NCBI GenBank assembly: GCA_964016885.1
Contig: OZ024740.1
Span: forward strand, 252,340,001-252,404,000
Direction: 5' to 3'
Length of the DNA stretch: 64,000 nt
Origin: Eledone cirrhosa
Lineage: Eukaryota
The translations under genes were made by a program, and so were the position numbers. Every line of letters begins with the position of its first letter. The first letter of the stretch is position 1. The notes under the pieces are model-generated. The model had not been told where the DNA came from and made no database searches. It worked only from the letters and a program-made list of their open reading frames with translations. Shown piece by piece: positions 17,341 through 33,870 of the stretch.

Positions 17341-20300
17341 CCAACATTACCAACACCACCAACACCGTTCACACCACCAACACCGCTCACACCACCAACA
17401 CTACCAACACCACCAACACCGCTCACACCACCAACACCACTCACACCACCAACACTACCAACACCACCAACACCACTCACACCACCAACACTACCAACAC
17501 CACCAACACCACTCACACCACCAACACTACAACACCACCAACACCACCAACACCACTCACACCACCAACACTACAACACCACCAACACCACCAACGCCGC
17601 TCACACCACCAATACTACCAACACCACCAACACCACTCACACCACCAACACTACCAACACCACTCACACCACCAACACTACAACACCACCAACACCACCA
17701 ACACCACTCACACCACCAACACTACAACAACACCAACACCACCAACACCGCTCACACCACCAATACTACCAACACTACTAACACCACCAACAACACTCAC
17801 ACCACCAACACCACCAACACCACTCACACCACCAACACTACCAACACTACCAACACCACCAACACCACCAACACCACTCACACCACCAACACTACCAACA
17901 CCACCAACACCGCTCACACCACCAACACTACCAACACCACCTACACCACTCACACCACCAACACTACCAACACCACCAACACCACTCACACCACCAACAC
18001 TACAACACCACCAACACCACCAACACCACTCACACCACCAACACTACAACACCACCAACACCACCAACACCGCTCACACCACCAATACTACCAACACCAC
18101 CAACACTACTCACACCACCAACACTACCAACACCACCAACACCACTCACACCACCAACACTACAACACCACCAACACCACCAACACCACTCACACCACCA
18201 ACACTACAACAACACCAACACCACCAACACCGCTCACACCACCAATACTACCAACACTACCAACACCACCAACAACACTCACACCACCAAAACCACCAAC
18301 ACCACTCACACCACCAACACTACCAACACCACCAACACCGCTCACACCACCAACACTACCAACACCACCAACACCACTCACACCACTCACACCACCAACA
18401 CTACCAACACCACCAACACCACTCATATCACCAACACCGCTCACACCACCAACACTACAAACACCACCAACACCACACACACCACTCACACAACCAACAC
18501 AACCAACACCACCAACATCGCTCACACCACCAAAACCGCTCACACCACCAACACTACCAACACCACCAACACTACCAACACCACCAACACTACCAACACC
18601 ACCAAAACCGCTCACACCATCAACACTACCAACACCACCAACACTACCAACACCACCAACACTACCAACACCACCAAAACCGCTCACACCATCAACACTA
18701 CCAACACCACCAACACCACCAACACTACCAACAGCACCAACACCCCTCACCCCACCAACACCGCTCACACCACCAACACTACCAACACCACTCACACCAC
18801 CAACACTACCAACACCACCAACACTACCAACACCACCAAAACCGCTCACACCATCAACACTACCAACACCACCAACACTACCAACACCACCAACACTACC
18901 AACACCACCAACACTACCAACACCACCAAAACCGCTCACACCACCAACACTACCAACACCACCAACACCACCAACACTACCAACATCACCAACACCCCTC
19001 AACCCACCAACACCGCTCACACCACCAACACTACCAACACCACCAACACTACCAACACTACCAACACCACCAACACCACTCACACCACCAACACTAGCAA
19101 CAACACCAACACTACCAACACCACCAACACCACTCACACCACCAACACTAGCAACACCACCAACACCACTCACACGGCTCACACCACCAACACTACCAAC
19201 ACCACCAACACCACTGACACCACCAACACTACCAACACCACCAACACCACTCACACCACCAACACCACCAACACTACCAACACCACTCACACCACCAACA
19301 CTACCAACACCACCAACACCACTCACACCACCAACACCACCAACACTACCAAAACCACTCACACCACCAACACTACAACACCACCAACACCACCAACACT
19401 ACCAACACCACTAACACCGCTCACACCACCAACACTACCAACACCAGCAACACCACTCACACCACCAACACCGCTCACACCACCAACACTACAACACCAC
19501 CAACACCACTCACACCACCAACACTACAACACCACCAACACCACCAACACCACTCACACCACCAACACTACAACACCACCAACACCACCAACACCGCTCA
19601 CACCACCAATACTACCAACACTACCAACACCACCAACAACACTCACACCACCAACACTACCAACACTACCAACACCACTCACACCACCAACACCACTCAC
19701 ACGACTCACACCACCAACACTACCAACACTACCAACACCACTTACACCACCAACACCACCAACACCACCAACACCACTCACACCACCAACACCACCAACA
19801 CTACCAACACCACCAACACTACCAACACCACCAACACTACCAACACCACCAACACCACTCACACCACCAACACTACCAACACCACCAACACCACCAACAC
19901 CGCTCACACCACCAACACTACCAACACCACCAACACTACCAACACCACCAAAACCGCTCACACCATCAGCACTACCAACACCACCAACACTACCAACACG
20001 ACCAACACTACCAACACCACCAAAACCGCTCACACCACCAACACTACCAACACCACCAACACCACCAACACTACCCACATCACCAACACCCCTCAACCCA
20101 CCAACACCGCTCACACCACCAACACTACCAACACCACCAACACTACCAACACTACCAACACCACCAACACCACTCACACCACCAACACTAGAAACACCAC
20201 CAACACCACCAACACCACTCACACCACACACACCACCAACTCTACCAACACTACCAACACCACCAACACCACCAACACCACTCACACCACAAACACTACC

Positions 20301-23300
20301 AACACCACCAACACCGTTCACACCACCAACACCGCTCACACCACCAACACTACCAACACCACCAACACCGCTCACACCACCAACACCACTCACACCACCA
20401 ACACTACCAACACCATCAACACCACTCACACCACCAACACTACCAACACCACCAACACCACTCACACCACCAACACTACAACACCACCAACACCACCAAC
20501 ACCACTCACACCACCAACACTACAACACCACCAACACCACCAACGCCGCTCACACCACCAATACTACCAACACCACCAACACCACTCACACCACTAACAC
20601 TACCAACACCACCAACACCACTCACACCACCAACACTACAACACCACCAACACCACCAACACCACTCACACCACCAACACTACAACAACACCAACACCAC
20701 CAACACCGCTCACACCACCAATACTACCAACACTACTAACACCACCAACAACACTCACACCACCAACACAACCAACACCACTCACACCACCAACACTACC
20801 AACACTACCAACACCACCAACACCACCAACACCACTCACACCACCAACACTACCAACACCACCAACACCGCTCACACCACCAACACTACCAACACCACCT
20901 ACACCACTCACACCACCAACACTACCAACACCACCAACACCACTCACACCACCAACACTACAACACCACCAACACCACCAACACCACTCACACCACCAAC
21001 ACTACAACACCACCAACACCACCAACACCGCTCACACCACCAATACTACCAACACCACCAACACTACTCACACCACCAACACTACCAACACCACCAACAC
21101 CACTCACACCACCAACACTACAACACCACCAACACCACCAACACCACCAACACCACCAACACTACAACAACACCAACACCACCAACACCGCTCACACCAC
21201 CAATACTACCAACACTACCAACACCACCAACAACACTCACACCACCAAAACCACCAACACCACTCACACCACCAACACTACCAACACCACCAACACCGCT
21301 CACACCACCAACACTACCAACACCACCAACACTACTAACACCACCAACACCGCCAACACTACCAACACTACCAACACCACTCACACCACCAACACTACCA
21401 ACACCACCAACACCGCTCACACCACCAACACTACCAACACCACCAACAGTACTCACACCACCAACACTACCAACACCACCAACACCACTCATATCACCAA
21501 CACCACTCACACCACCAACACCGCTCACACCACCAACACTACAAACACCACCAACACCACTCACACCACTCACACAACCAACACAACCAACACCACCAAC
21601 ATCGCTCACAACACCAAAACCGCTCACACCACCAACACTACCAACACCACCAACACTACCAACACCACCAACACTACCAACACGACCAAAACCGCTCACA
21701 CCATCAACACTACCAACACCACCAACACTACCAACACCACCAAAATCGCTCACACCATCAACACTACCAACACCACCAACACCACCAACACTACCAACAG
21801 CACCAACACCGCTCACCCCACCAACACCGCTCACACCACCAACACTACCAACACCACTCACACCACCAACACTACCAACACCACCAACACTACCAACACC
21901 ACCAAAACCGCTCACACCATCAACACTACCAACACCACCAACACTACCAACACCACCAACACTACCAACACCACCAACACCACTCACACCAACAACACTA
22001 CCAACACCACCAACACCACCAACACCGCTCACACCACCAACACTACCAACACCACCAACACTACCAACACCACCAAAACCGCTCACACCATCAACACTAC
22101 CAACACCACCAACACTACCAACACCAGCAACACTACCAACACCACCAAAACCGCTCACACCACCAACACTACCAACACCACCAACACCACCAACACTACC
22201 AACATCACCAACACCCCTCAACCCACCAACACCGCTCACACCACCAACACTACCAACACCACCAACACTACCAACACTACCAACACCACCAACACCACTC
22301 ACACCACCAACACTAGCAACACCACCAACACAACTCACACGGCTCACACCACCAACACTACCAACACCACCAACACCACTGACACCACCAACACTACCAA
22401 CACCACCAACACCACTCACACCACCAACACCACCAACACTACCAACACCACTCACACCACCAACACTACCAACACCACCAACACCACTCACACCACCAAC
22501 ACCACCAACACTACCAACACCATTCACACCACCAACACTACAACACCACCAACACCACCAACACTACCAACACCACTAACACCGCTCACACCACCAAAAC
22601 CGCTCACACCACCAACACTACCAACACCACCAACACCGTTCACACCACCAACACCGCTCACACCACCAACACTACCAACACCACCAACACCGCTCACACC
22701 ACCAACACCACTCACACCACCAACACTACCAACACCACCAACACCACTCACACCACCAACACTACCAACACCACCAACACCACTCGCACCACCAACACTA
22801 CAACACCACCAACACCACCAACACCACTCACACCACCAACACTACAACACCACCAACACCACCAACGCCGCTCACACCACCAATACTACCAACACCACCA
22901 ACACCACTCACACCACCAACACTACCAACACCACCAACACCACTCACACCACCAACACTACAACAACATCAACACCACCAACACCGCTCACACCACCAAT
23001 ACTACCAACACTACTAACACCACCAACAACACTCACACCACCAACACCACCAACACCACTCACACCACCAACACTACCAACACTACCAACACCACCAACA
23101 CCACCAACACCACTCACACCACCAACACTACCAACACCACCAACACCGCTCACACCACCAACACTACCAACACCACCAACACTACTAACACCACCAACAC
23201 CGCCAACACTACCAACACTACCAACACCACTCACACCACCAACACTACCAACACCACCAACACCGCTCACACCACCTACACTACCAATACCACCAACAGT

Positions 23301-26300
23301 ACTCACACCACCAACACTACCAACACCACCAACACCACTCATATCACCAACACCACTCACACCACCAACACCGCTCACACCACCAACACTACAAACACCA
23401 CCAACACCACACACACCACCAACTCTACCAACACTACCAACACCACCAACACCACCAACACCACTCACACCACCAACACTACCAACACCACCAACACCGT
23501 TCACACCACCAACACCGCTCACACCACCAACACTACCAACACCACCAACACCGCTCACACCACCAACACCACTCACACCACCAACACTACCAACACCACC
23601 AACACCACTCACACCACCAACACTACCAACACCACCAACACCACTCACACCACCAACACTACAACACCACCAACACCACCAACACCACTCACACCACCAA
23701 CACTACAACACCACCAACACCACTCACACCACCAACACTACAACACCACCAACACCACCAACATCGCTCACACCACCAATACTACCAACACTACCAACAC
23801 CACCAACAACACTCACACCACCAACACTACCAACACTACCAACACCACTCACACCACCAACACCACTCACACGACTCACACCACCAACACTACCAACACT
23901 ACCAACACCACTTACACCACCAACACCACCAACACCACCAACACCACTCACACCACCAACACCACCAACACTACCAACACCACCAACACTACCAACACCA
24001 CCAACACTACCAACACCACCAACACCACTCACACCACCAACACTACAACACCACCAACACCACCAACACCACTCACACCACCAACACTACAACACCACCA
24101 ACACCACCAACACCGCTCACACCACCAATACTACCAACACCACCAACACTACTCACACCACCAACATTACCAACACCACCAATACCACTCACACCACCAA
24201 CACTACAACACCACCAACACCACCAACACCACTCACACCACCAACACTACAACAACACCAACACCACCAACACCGCTCACACCACCAATACTACCAACAC
24301 TACCAACACCACCAACAACACTCACACCACCAAAACCACCAACACCACTCACACCACCAACACTACCAACACCACCAACACCGCTCACACCACCAACACT
24401 ACCAACACCACCAACACCACTCACACCACTCACACCACCAACACTACCAACACCGCTCACACCACCATCACTACCAACACCACCAACACTACCAACACTA
24501 CCAACACCACCAAAACCGCTCTCACCACCAACACTACCAACACGACCAACACTACCAACACCACCAGCACAACTCACACCACCAACACTACCAACACCAC
24601 CAACACCACTCACACCACGAACACTACCAACACCACCAACACCACTCACACCACACACACCACCAACTCTACCAACACCACCAAAACCGCTCACACCACC
24701 AACACTACCAACACGACCAACACTACCAACACCACCAACACCACTCACACCACCAACACCACCAACACCCCTCTCACCACCAACACCGCTCACACCACCA
24801 ACACTACCAACACCACCAACACCACTCACACGACTCACACCACCAACACTACCAACACCACCAACACCACACACACCACCAACACTACCAACACCACCAA
24901 CACCACTCACACGGCTCACACCACCAACACTACCAACACCACCAACACCACTGACACCACCAACACTACCAACACCACCAACACCACTCACACCACCAAC
25001 ACCACCAACACTACCAACACCACTCACACCACCAACACTACCAACACCACCAACACCACTCACACCACCAACACCACCAACACTACCAACACCACTCACA
25101 CCACCAACACTACAACACCACCAACACCACCAACACTACCAACACCACTAACACCGCTCACACCACCAACACTACCAACACCAGCAACACCACTCACACC
25201 ACCAACACCGCTCACACCACCAACACTACAACACCACCAACACCACTCACACCACCAACACTACAACACCACCAACACCACCAACACCACTCACACCACC
25301 AACACTACAACACCACCAACACCACCAACACCGCTCACACCACCAATACTACCAACACTACCAACACCACCAACAACACTCACACCACCAACACTACCAA
25401 CACTACCAACACCACTCACACCACCAACACCACCAACACCACCAACACCACCAACACCGCTCACACCACCAACACTACCAACACCACCAACAACACTCAC
25501 ACCACCAACACTACCAACACCACCAACACCACTCACACCACCAACACTACCAACACCACCAACACCACCAACACCGCTCACACCACCAACACTACCAACA
25601 CCACCAACACTACTCACACCACCAACACCACCAACACCACCAACACTACCAACACCACCAACACCACTCACATCACCAACACCACTCACACCACCAACAC
25701 CCCTCACACCACCAACACCCCTCACACCACCAACACCGCTCACACCACTCACACCACCAACACTACCAACACCACCAACACCACTCACACCACTCACACC
25801 ACCAACAGTACCAACACCACCAACACCACTCACACCACCAACACTACCAACACCACCAACACCGCTCACACCACCAACACTACCAACACCACCAACACCG
25901 CTCACACCACCAACACTACCAACACCACCAACAGTACTCACACCACCAACACCACCAACACCACTCATATCACCAACACCACTCACACCACCAACACCGC
26001 TCACACCACCAACACTACAAACACCACCAACACCACTCACACCACTCACACAACCAACACAACCAACACCACCAACATCGCTCACAACACCAAAACCGCT
26101 CACACCACCAACACTACCAACACCACCAACACTACCAACACCACCAACACTACCAACACGACCAAAACCGCTCACACCATCAACACTACCAACACCACCA
26201 ACACTACCAACACCACCAACACTACCAACACCACCAAAATCGCTCACACCATCAACACTACCAACACCACCAACACCACCAACACTACCAACAGCACCAA

Positions 26301-29300
26301 CACCGCTCACCCCACCAACACCGCTCACACCACCAACACTACCAACACCACTCACACCACCAACACTACCAACACCACCAACACTACCAACACCACCAAA
26401 ACCGCTCACACCATCAACACTACCAACACCACCAACACTACCAACACCACCAACACTACCAACACCACCAACACCACTCACACCAACAACACTACCAACA
26501 CCAACAACACCACCAACACCGCTCACACCACCAACACTACCAACACCACCAACACTACCAACACCACCAAAACCGCTCACACCATCAACACTACCAACAC
26601 CACCAACACTACCAACACCACCAACACTACCAACACCACCAAAACCGCTCACACCACCAACACTACCAACACCACCAACACCACCAACACTACCAACATC
26701 ACCAACACCCCTCAACCCACCAACACCGCTCACACCACCAACACTACCAACACTACCAACACCACCAACACCACTCACACCACCAACACTAGCAACACCA
26801 CCAACACAACTCACACGGCTCACACCACCAACACTACCAACACCACCAACACCACTGACACCACCAACACTACCAACACCACCAACACCACTCACACCAC
26901 CAACACCACCAACACTACCAACACCACTCACACCACCAACACTACCAACACCACCAACACCACTCACACCACCAACACCACCAACACTACCAACACCATT
27001 CACACCACCAACACTACAACACCACCAACACCACCAACACTACCAACACCACTAACACCGCTCACACCACCAAAACCGCTCACACCACCAACACTACCAA
27101 CACCACCAACACCGTTCACACCACCAACACCGCTCACACCACCAACACTACCAACACCACCAACACCGCTCACACCACCAACACCACTCACACCACCAAC
27201 ACTACCAACACCACCAACACCACTCACACCACCAACACTACCAACACCACCAACACCACTCGCACCACCAACACTACAACACCACCAACACCACCAACAC
27301 CACTCACACCACCAACACTACAACACCACCAACACCACCAACGCCGCTCACACCACCAATACTACCAACACCACCAACACCACTCACACCACCAACACTA
27401 CCAACACCACCAACACCACTCACACCACCAACACTACAACAACATCAACACCACCAACACCGCTCACACCACCAATACTACCAACACTACTAACACCACC
27501 AACAACACTCACACCACCAACACCACCAACACCACTCACACCACCAACACTACCAACACTACCAACACCACCAACACCACCAACACCACTCACACCACCA
27601 ACACTACCAACACCACCAACACCGCTCACACCACCAACACTACCAACACCACCAACACTACTAACACCACCAACACCGCCAACACTACCAACACTACAAA
27701 CACCACTCACACCACCAACACTACCAACACCACCAACACCGCTCACACCACCTACACTACCAACACCACCAACACCACTCATATCACCAACACCACTCAC
27801 ACCACCAACACCGCTCACACCACCAACACTACAAACACCACCAACACCACACACACCACCAACTCTACCAACACTACCAACACCACCAACACCACCAACA
27901 CCACTCACACCACCAACACTACCAACACCACCAACACCGTTCACACCACCAACACCGCTCACACCACCAACACTACCAACACCACCAACACCGCTCACAC
28001 CACCAACACCACTCACACCACCAACACTACCAACACCACCAACACCACTCACACCACCAACACTACCAACACCACCAACACCACTCACACCACCAACACT
28101 ACAACACCACCAACACCACCAACACCACTCACACCACCAACACTACAACACCACCAACACCACTCACACCACCAACACTACAACACCACCAACACCACCA
28201 ACATCGCTCACACCACCAATACTACCAACACTACCAACACCACCAACAACACTCACACCACCAACACTACCAACACTACCAACACCACTCACACCACCAA
28301 CACCACTCACACGACTCACACCACCAACACTACCAACACTACCAACACCACTTACACCACCAACACCACCAACACCACCAACACCACTCACACCACCAAC
28401 ACCACCAACACTACCAACACCACCAACACTACCAACACCACCAACACTACCAACACCACCAACACCACTCACACCACCAACACTACAACACCACCAACAC
28501 CACCAACACCACTCACACCAGCAACACTACAACACCACCAACACCACCAACACCGCTCACACCACCAATACTACCAACACCACCAACACTACTCACACCA
28601 CCAACATTACCAACACCACCAATACCACTCACACCACCAACACTACAACACCACCAACACCACCAACACCACTCACACCACCAACACTACAACAACACCA
28701 ACACCACCAACACCGCTCACACCACCAATACTACCAACACTACCAACACCACCAACAACACTCACACCACCAAAACCACCAACACCACTCACACCACCAA
28801 CACTACCAACACCACCAACACCGCTCACACCACCAACACTACCAACACCACCAACACCACTCACACCACTCACACCACCAACACTACCAACACCGCTCAC
28901 ACCACCAACACTACCAACACCACCAACACTACCAACACTACCAACACCACCAAAACCGCTCTCACCACCAACACTACCAACACGACCAACACTACCAACA
29001 CCACCAGCACAACTCACACCACCAACACTACCAACACCACCAACACCACTCACACCACGAACACTACCAACACCACCAACACCACTCACACCACACACAC
29101 CACCAACTCTACCAACACCACCAAAACCGCTCACACCACCAACACTACCAACACGACCAACACTACCAACACCACCAACACCACTCACACCACCAACACC
29201 ACCAACACCCCTCTCACCACCAACACCGCTCACACCACCAACACTACCAACACCACCAACACCACTCACACGACTCACACCACCAACACTACCAACACCA

Positions 29301-30300
29301 CCAACACCACACACACCACCAACACTACCAACACCACCAACACCACTCACACGGCTCACACCACCAACACTACCAACACCACCAACACCACTGACACCAC
29401 CAACACTACCAACACCACCAACACCACTCACACCACCAACACCACCAACACTACCAACACCACTCACACCACCAACACTACCAACACCACCAACACCACT
29501 CACACCACCAACACCACCAACACTACCAACACCACTCACACCACCAACACTACAACACCACCAACACCACCAACACTACCAACACCACTAACACCGCTCA
29601 CACCACCAAAACCGCTCACACCACCAACACTACCAACACCAGCAACACCACTCACACCACCAACACCGCTCACACCACCAACACTACAACACCACCAACA
29701 CCACTCACACCACCAACACTACAACACCACCAACACCACCAACACCACTCACACCACCAACACTACAACACCACCAACACCACCAACACCGCTCACACCA
29801 CCAATACTACCAACACTACCAACACCACCAACAACACTCACACCACCAACACTACCAACACTACCAACACCACTCACACCACCAACACCACCAACACCAC
29901 CAACACCACCAACACCGCTCACACCACCAACACTACCAACACCACCAACAACACTCACACCACCAACACTACCAACACCACCAACACCACTCACACCACC
30001 AACACTACCAACACCACCAACACCACCAACACCGCTCACACCACCAACACTACCAACACCACCAACACTACTCACACCACCAACACCACCAACACCACCA
30101 ACACTACCAACACCACCAACACCACTCACATCACCAACACCACTCACACCACCAACACCCCTCACACCACCAACACCCCTCACACCACCAACACCGCTCA
30201 CACCACTCACACCACCAACACTACCAACACCACCAACACCACTCACACCACTCACACCACCAACAGTACCAACACCACCAACACTACTCACACCACTCAC
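17340..30300. repeat. Sub-family domain L2: same modules as L1, re-shuffled
   Basis: Translation of 17708-17989 is identical to 343-624, and 20666-20947 is nearly so. 23724-24032 and 28164-28472 match 4194-4502 except for one residue. Confidence 0.8.
21400..30290. repeat. Near-identical tandem duplication, unit ~4.44-4.48 kb (2 copies: ~21400-25860 and ~25870-30290)
   Basis: CACTCGCAC G at 22786/27262 (offset 4476), AATACCACTC at 24181/28621 (4440), CACCACGAA G at 24619/29059 (4440). Paired ORFs: 22524/27000, 22944/27420, 23724/28164, 24233/28673. Confidence 0.92.
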
Positions 30301-31320
30301 ACCACCAACACCACCAACACCACCAACACTACCAACACCACCAACACCACCAACACTACCAACACTACCAACACCAACAAAACCGCTCACACCACCAACA
30401 CCGCTCACACCACCAACACTATCAACACCACCAACACTACCAACACCACCAACACCACTCACACCACCACCACCACCAACACCACTCACACCACCAACAC
30501 CACTCACACCACCAACACCACCAACACCACTCACACCACCAACACTACCAACACCACCAACACCACTCACACCACTCACACCACTCACACCACCAACACT
30601 ACCAACACCACCAACACTACCAACACCACCAACACCACTCACACCACTCACACCACCAACACTACCAACACCACAAACACCACTAACACCACCAAAACCG
30701 CTCACACCACCAACACCACCAACACTACCAACACCACCAACACCACTCACATCACCAACACCACTCACACCACCAACACCCCTCACACCACCAACACCCC
30801 TCACACCACCAACACCGCTCACACCACTCACACCACCAACACTACCAACACCACCAACACCACTCACACCACTCACACCACCAACAGTACCAACACCACC
30901 AACACTACTCACACCACTCACAACACCAACACCACCAACACCACCAACACTACCAACACCACCAACACCACCAACACTACCAACACTACCAACACCACCA
31001 AAACCGCTCACACCACCAACACCGCTCACACCACCAACACTATCAACACCACCAACACTACCAACACCACCAACACCACTCACACCACCAACACCACCAA
31101 CACCACTCACACCACCAACACCACTCACACCACCAACACCACCAACACCACTCACACCACCAACACTACCAACACCACCAACACCACTCACACCACTCAC
31201 ACCACTCACACCACCAACACTACCAACACCACCAACACTACCAACACCACCAACACCACTCACACCACTCACACCACCAACACTACCAACACCACCAACA
31301 CCACTAACACCACCAAAACC
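30075..31320. repeat. Tandem duplication, unit 621 bp (69 monomers, 2 copies)
   Basis: CAGTACCAA G at 30266/30887 and CACTATCAA T at 30420/31041, both offset by 621. Confidence 0.85.
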
Positions 31321-31989
31321 GCTCACACCACCAACACCACCAACACCACTAACACCGCTCACACCACCAACACCACCAACACTACCAACACCACTCACAC
31401 CACCAACACTACCAACACCACCAACACCGCTCACACCACCAAAACCGCTCACACCACCAACACCACCAACACCGCTCACACTACCAACACCACCAACACT
31501 ACCAACACCACTCACACTACCAACACTACCAACACCACCAACACCGCTCAAACCACCAACACCACCAACACCACCAACACCACTCACACCACCAACACTA
31601 CCAACACCACTCTCACCACCAACACTACCAACACCACCAACAACGCTCGCACCACCAAAACCGCTCACACCACCAACACCACCAACATCACCAACACCGC
31701 TCACACTACCAACACCACCAACACTACCAACACCACCAACACCACCAACACTACCAACACCACCAACACCACTCACACCACCAACACTACAAACACCACC
31801 AACACCACTCACACCACCAACACTACCAACACCACCAACACCACTCACACCACCAACACCACCAACACCCTCTCACCACCAACACCGCTCACACCACCAA
31901 CACTACCAACACCACCAACACCACTCACACCACTCACACCTCCAACACTACCAACACCACCAACACCACTCACACCACCAACACCACCA

Positions 31990-33870
31990 ACACCCCTCTC
32001 ACCACCAACACCGCTCACACCACCAACACCACTCACACCACTCACACCACCAACACTACCAACACCACCAACACCACTCACACCACCAAAACTACCAACA
32101 CCACCAACACCACTCACACCACTCACACCACCAACACTACCAACACCACCAACACCACCAACACTACCACCACCACTCACACCACCAACACTACCAACAC
32201 CACCAACACCACTCACACCACCAACACTACCAACACCACCAACACCACTCACACCACTCACACCACCAACACTACCAACACCACCAACACCACCAACACA
32301 ACCACCACCGCTCACACCACCAACACCACTCACACCACCAACACCCCTCTCACCACCAACACCGCTCACACCACCAACACTACCAACACCATCAACACCA
32401 CTCACACCACCAACACCTTTCTCACCACCAACACCGCTCATACCACCAACACTACCAACACCATCAACACCACTCACACCACCAACACCCCTCTCACCAC
32501 CAACACCGCTCACAACACCAACACCACCAACACCACCAACACCACTCACACCACCAACACCACCAACACTACCAACACCACCAACACCACTCACACCACC
32601 AACACAACCAACACCACCAACACCACTCACACCACCAACACTACCAACACCACCAACACCACTCACACCACAAACACCGCTCACACCACCAACACTACCA
32701 ACACCACCAACACCACCAACACTACCAACACCACCAACACCACTCACACCACCAACACAACCAACACCACCAACACCACTCACACCACCAACACTACCAA
32801 CACCACCAACACCACTCACACCACCAACACTACCAACACCACCAACACCACTAACAACACCAACACTACCAACACCACCAACACCACTCACACCACCAAC
32901 ACTACCAACACCACCAACACCACCAACACTACCAACACCACCAACACCCCTCTCACCACCAACACCGCTCACACCACCAACACCACTCACACCACTCACA
33001 CCACCAACACTACCAACACCACCAACACCACTCACACCACCAAAACTACCAACACCACCAACACCACTCACACCACTCACACCACCAACACTACCAACAC
33101 CACCAACACTACCACCACCACTCACACCACCAACACTACCAACACCACCAACACCACTCACACCACCAACACTACCAACACCACCAACACCACTCACACC
33201 ACTCACACCACCAACACTACCAACACCACCAACACCACCAACACAACCACCACCGCTCACACCACCAACACCACTCACACCACCAACACCCCTCTCACCA
33301 CCAACACCGCTCACACCACCAACACTACCAACACCATCAACACCACTCACACCACCAACACCCCTCTCACCACCAACACCGCTCATACCACCAACACTAC
33401 CAACACCATCAACACCACTCACACCACCAACACCCCTCTCACCACCAACACCGCTCACAACACCAACACCACCAACACCACCAACACCACTCACACCACC
33501 AACACCACCAACACTACCAACACCACCAACACCACTCACACTACCAACACAACCAACACCACCAACACCACTCACACCACCAACACTACCAACACCACCA
33601 ACACCACTCACACCACAAACACCGCTCACACCACCAACACTACCAACACCACCAACACCACCAACACTACCAACACCACCAACACCACTCACACCACCAA
33701 CACAACCAACACCACCAACACCACTCACACCACCAACACTACCAACACCACCAACACCACTCACACCACCAACACTACCAACACCACCAACACCACTCAC
33801 ACCACCAACACTAACAACACCACCAACACCACTCACACCACCAACACTACCAACACCACCAACACCACTC
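31990..33870. repeat. Tandem duplication, unit ~945 bp (105 monomers, 2 copies)
   Basis: CACCGCTCA-TACCACCAA T at 32441/33386 (offset 945). The triplet of CACCCCTCT-type units is repeated in both copies. Confidence 0.85.

Noticed and set aside
12000-30290. Antigenic-variation cassette or diversity-generating system
   Set aside because: No expression locus, recombinase, reverse transcriptase or conserved unique flanks are present. Ordinary unequal exchange explains the module shuffling.
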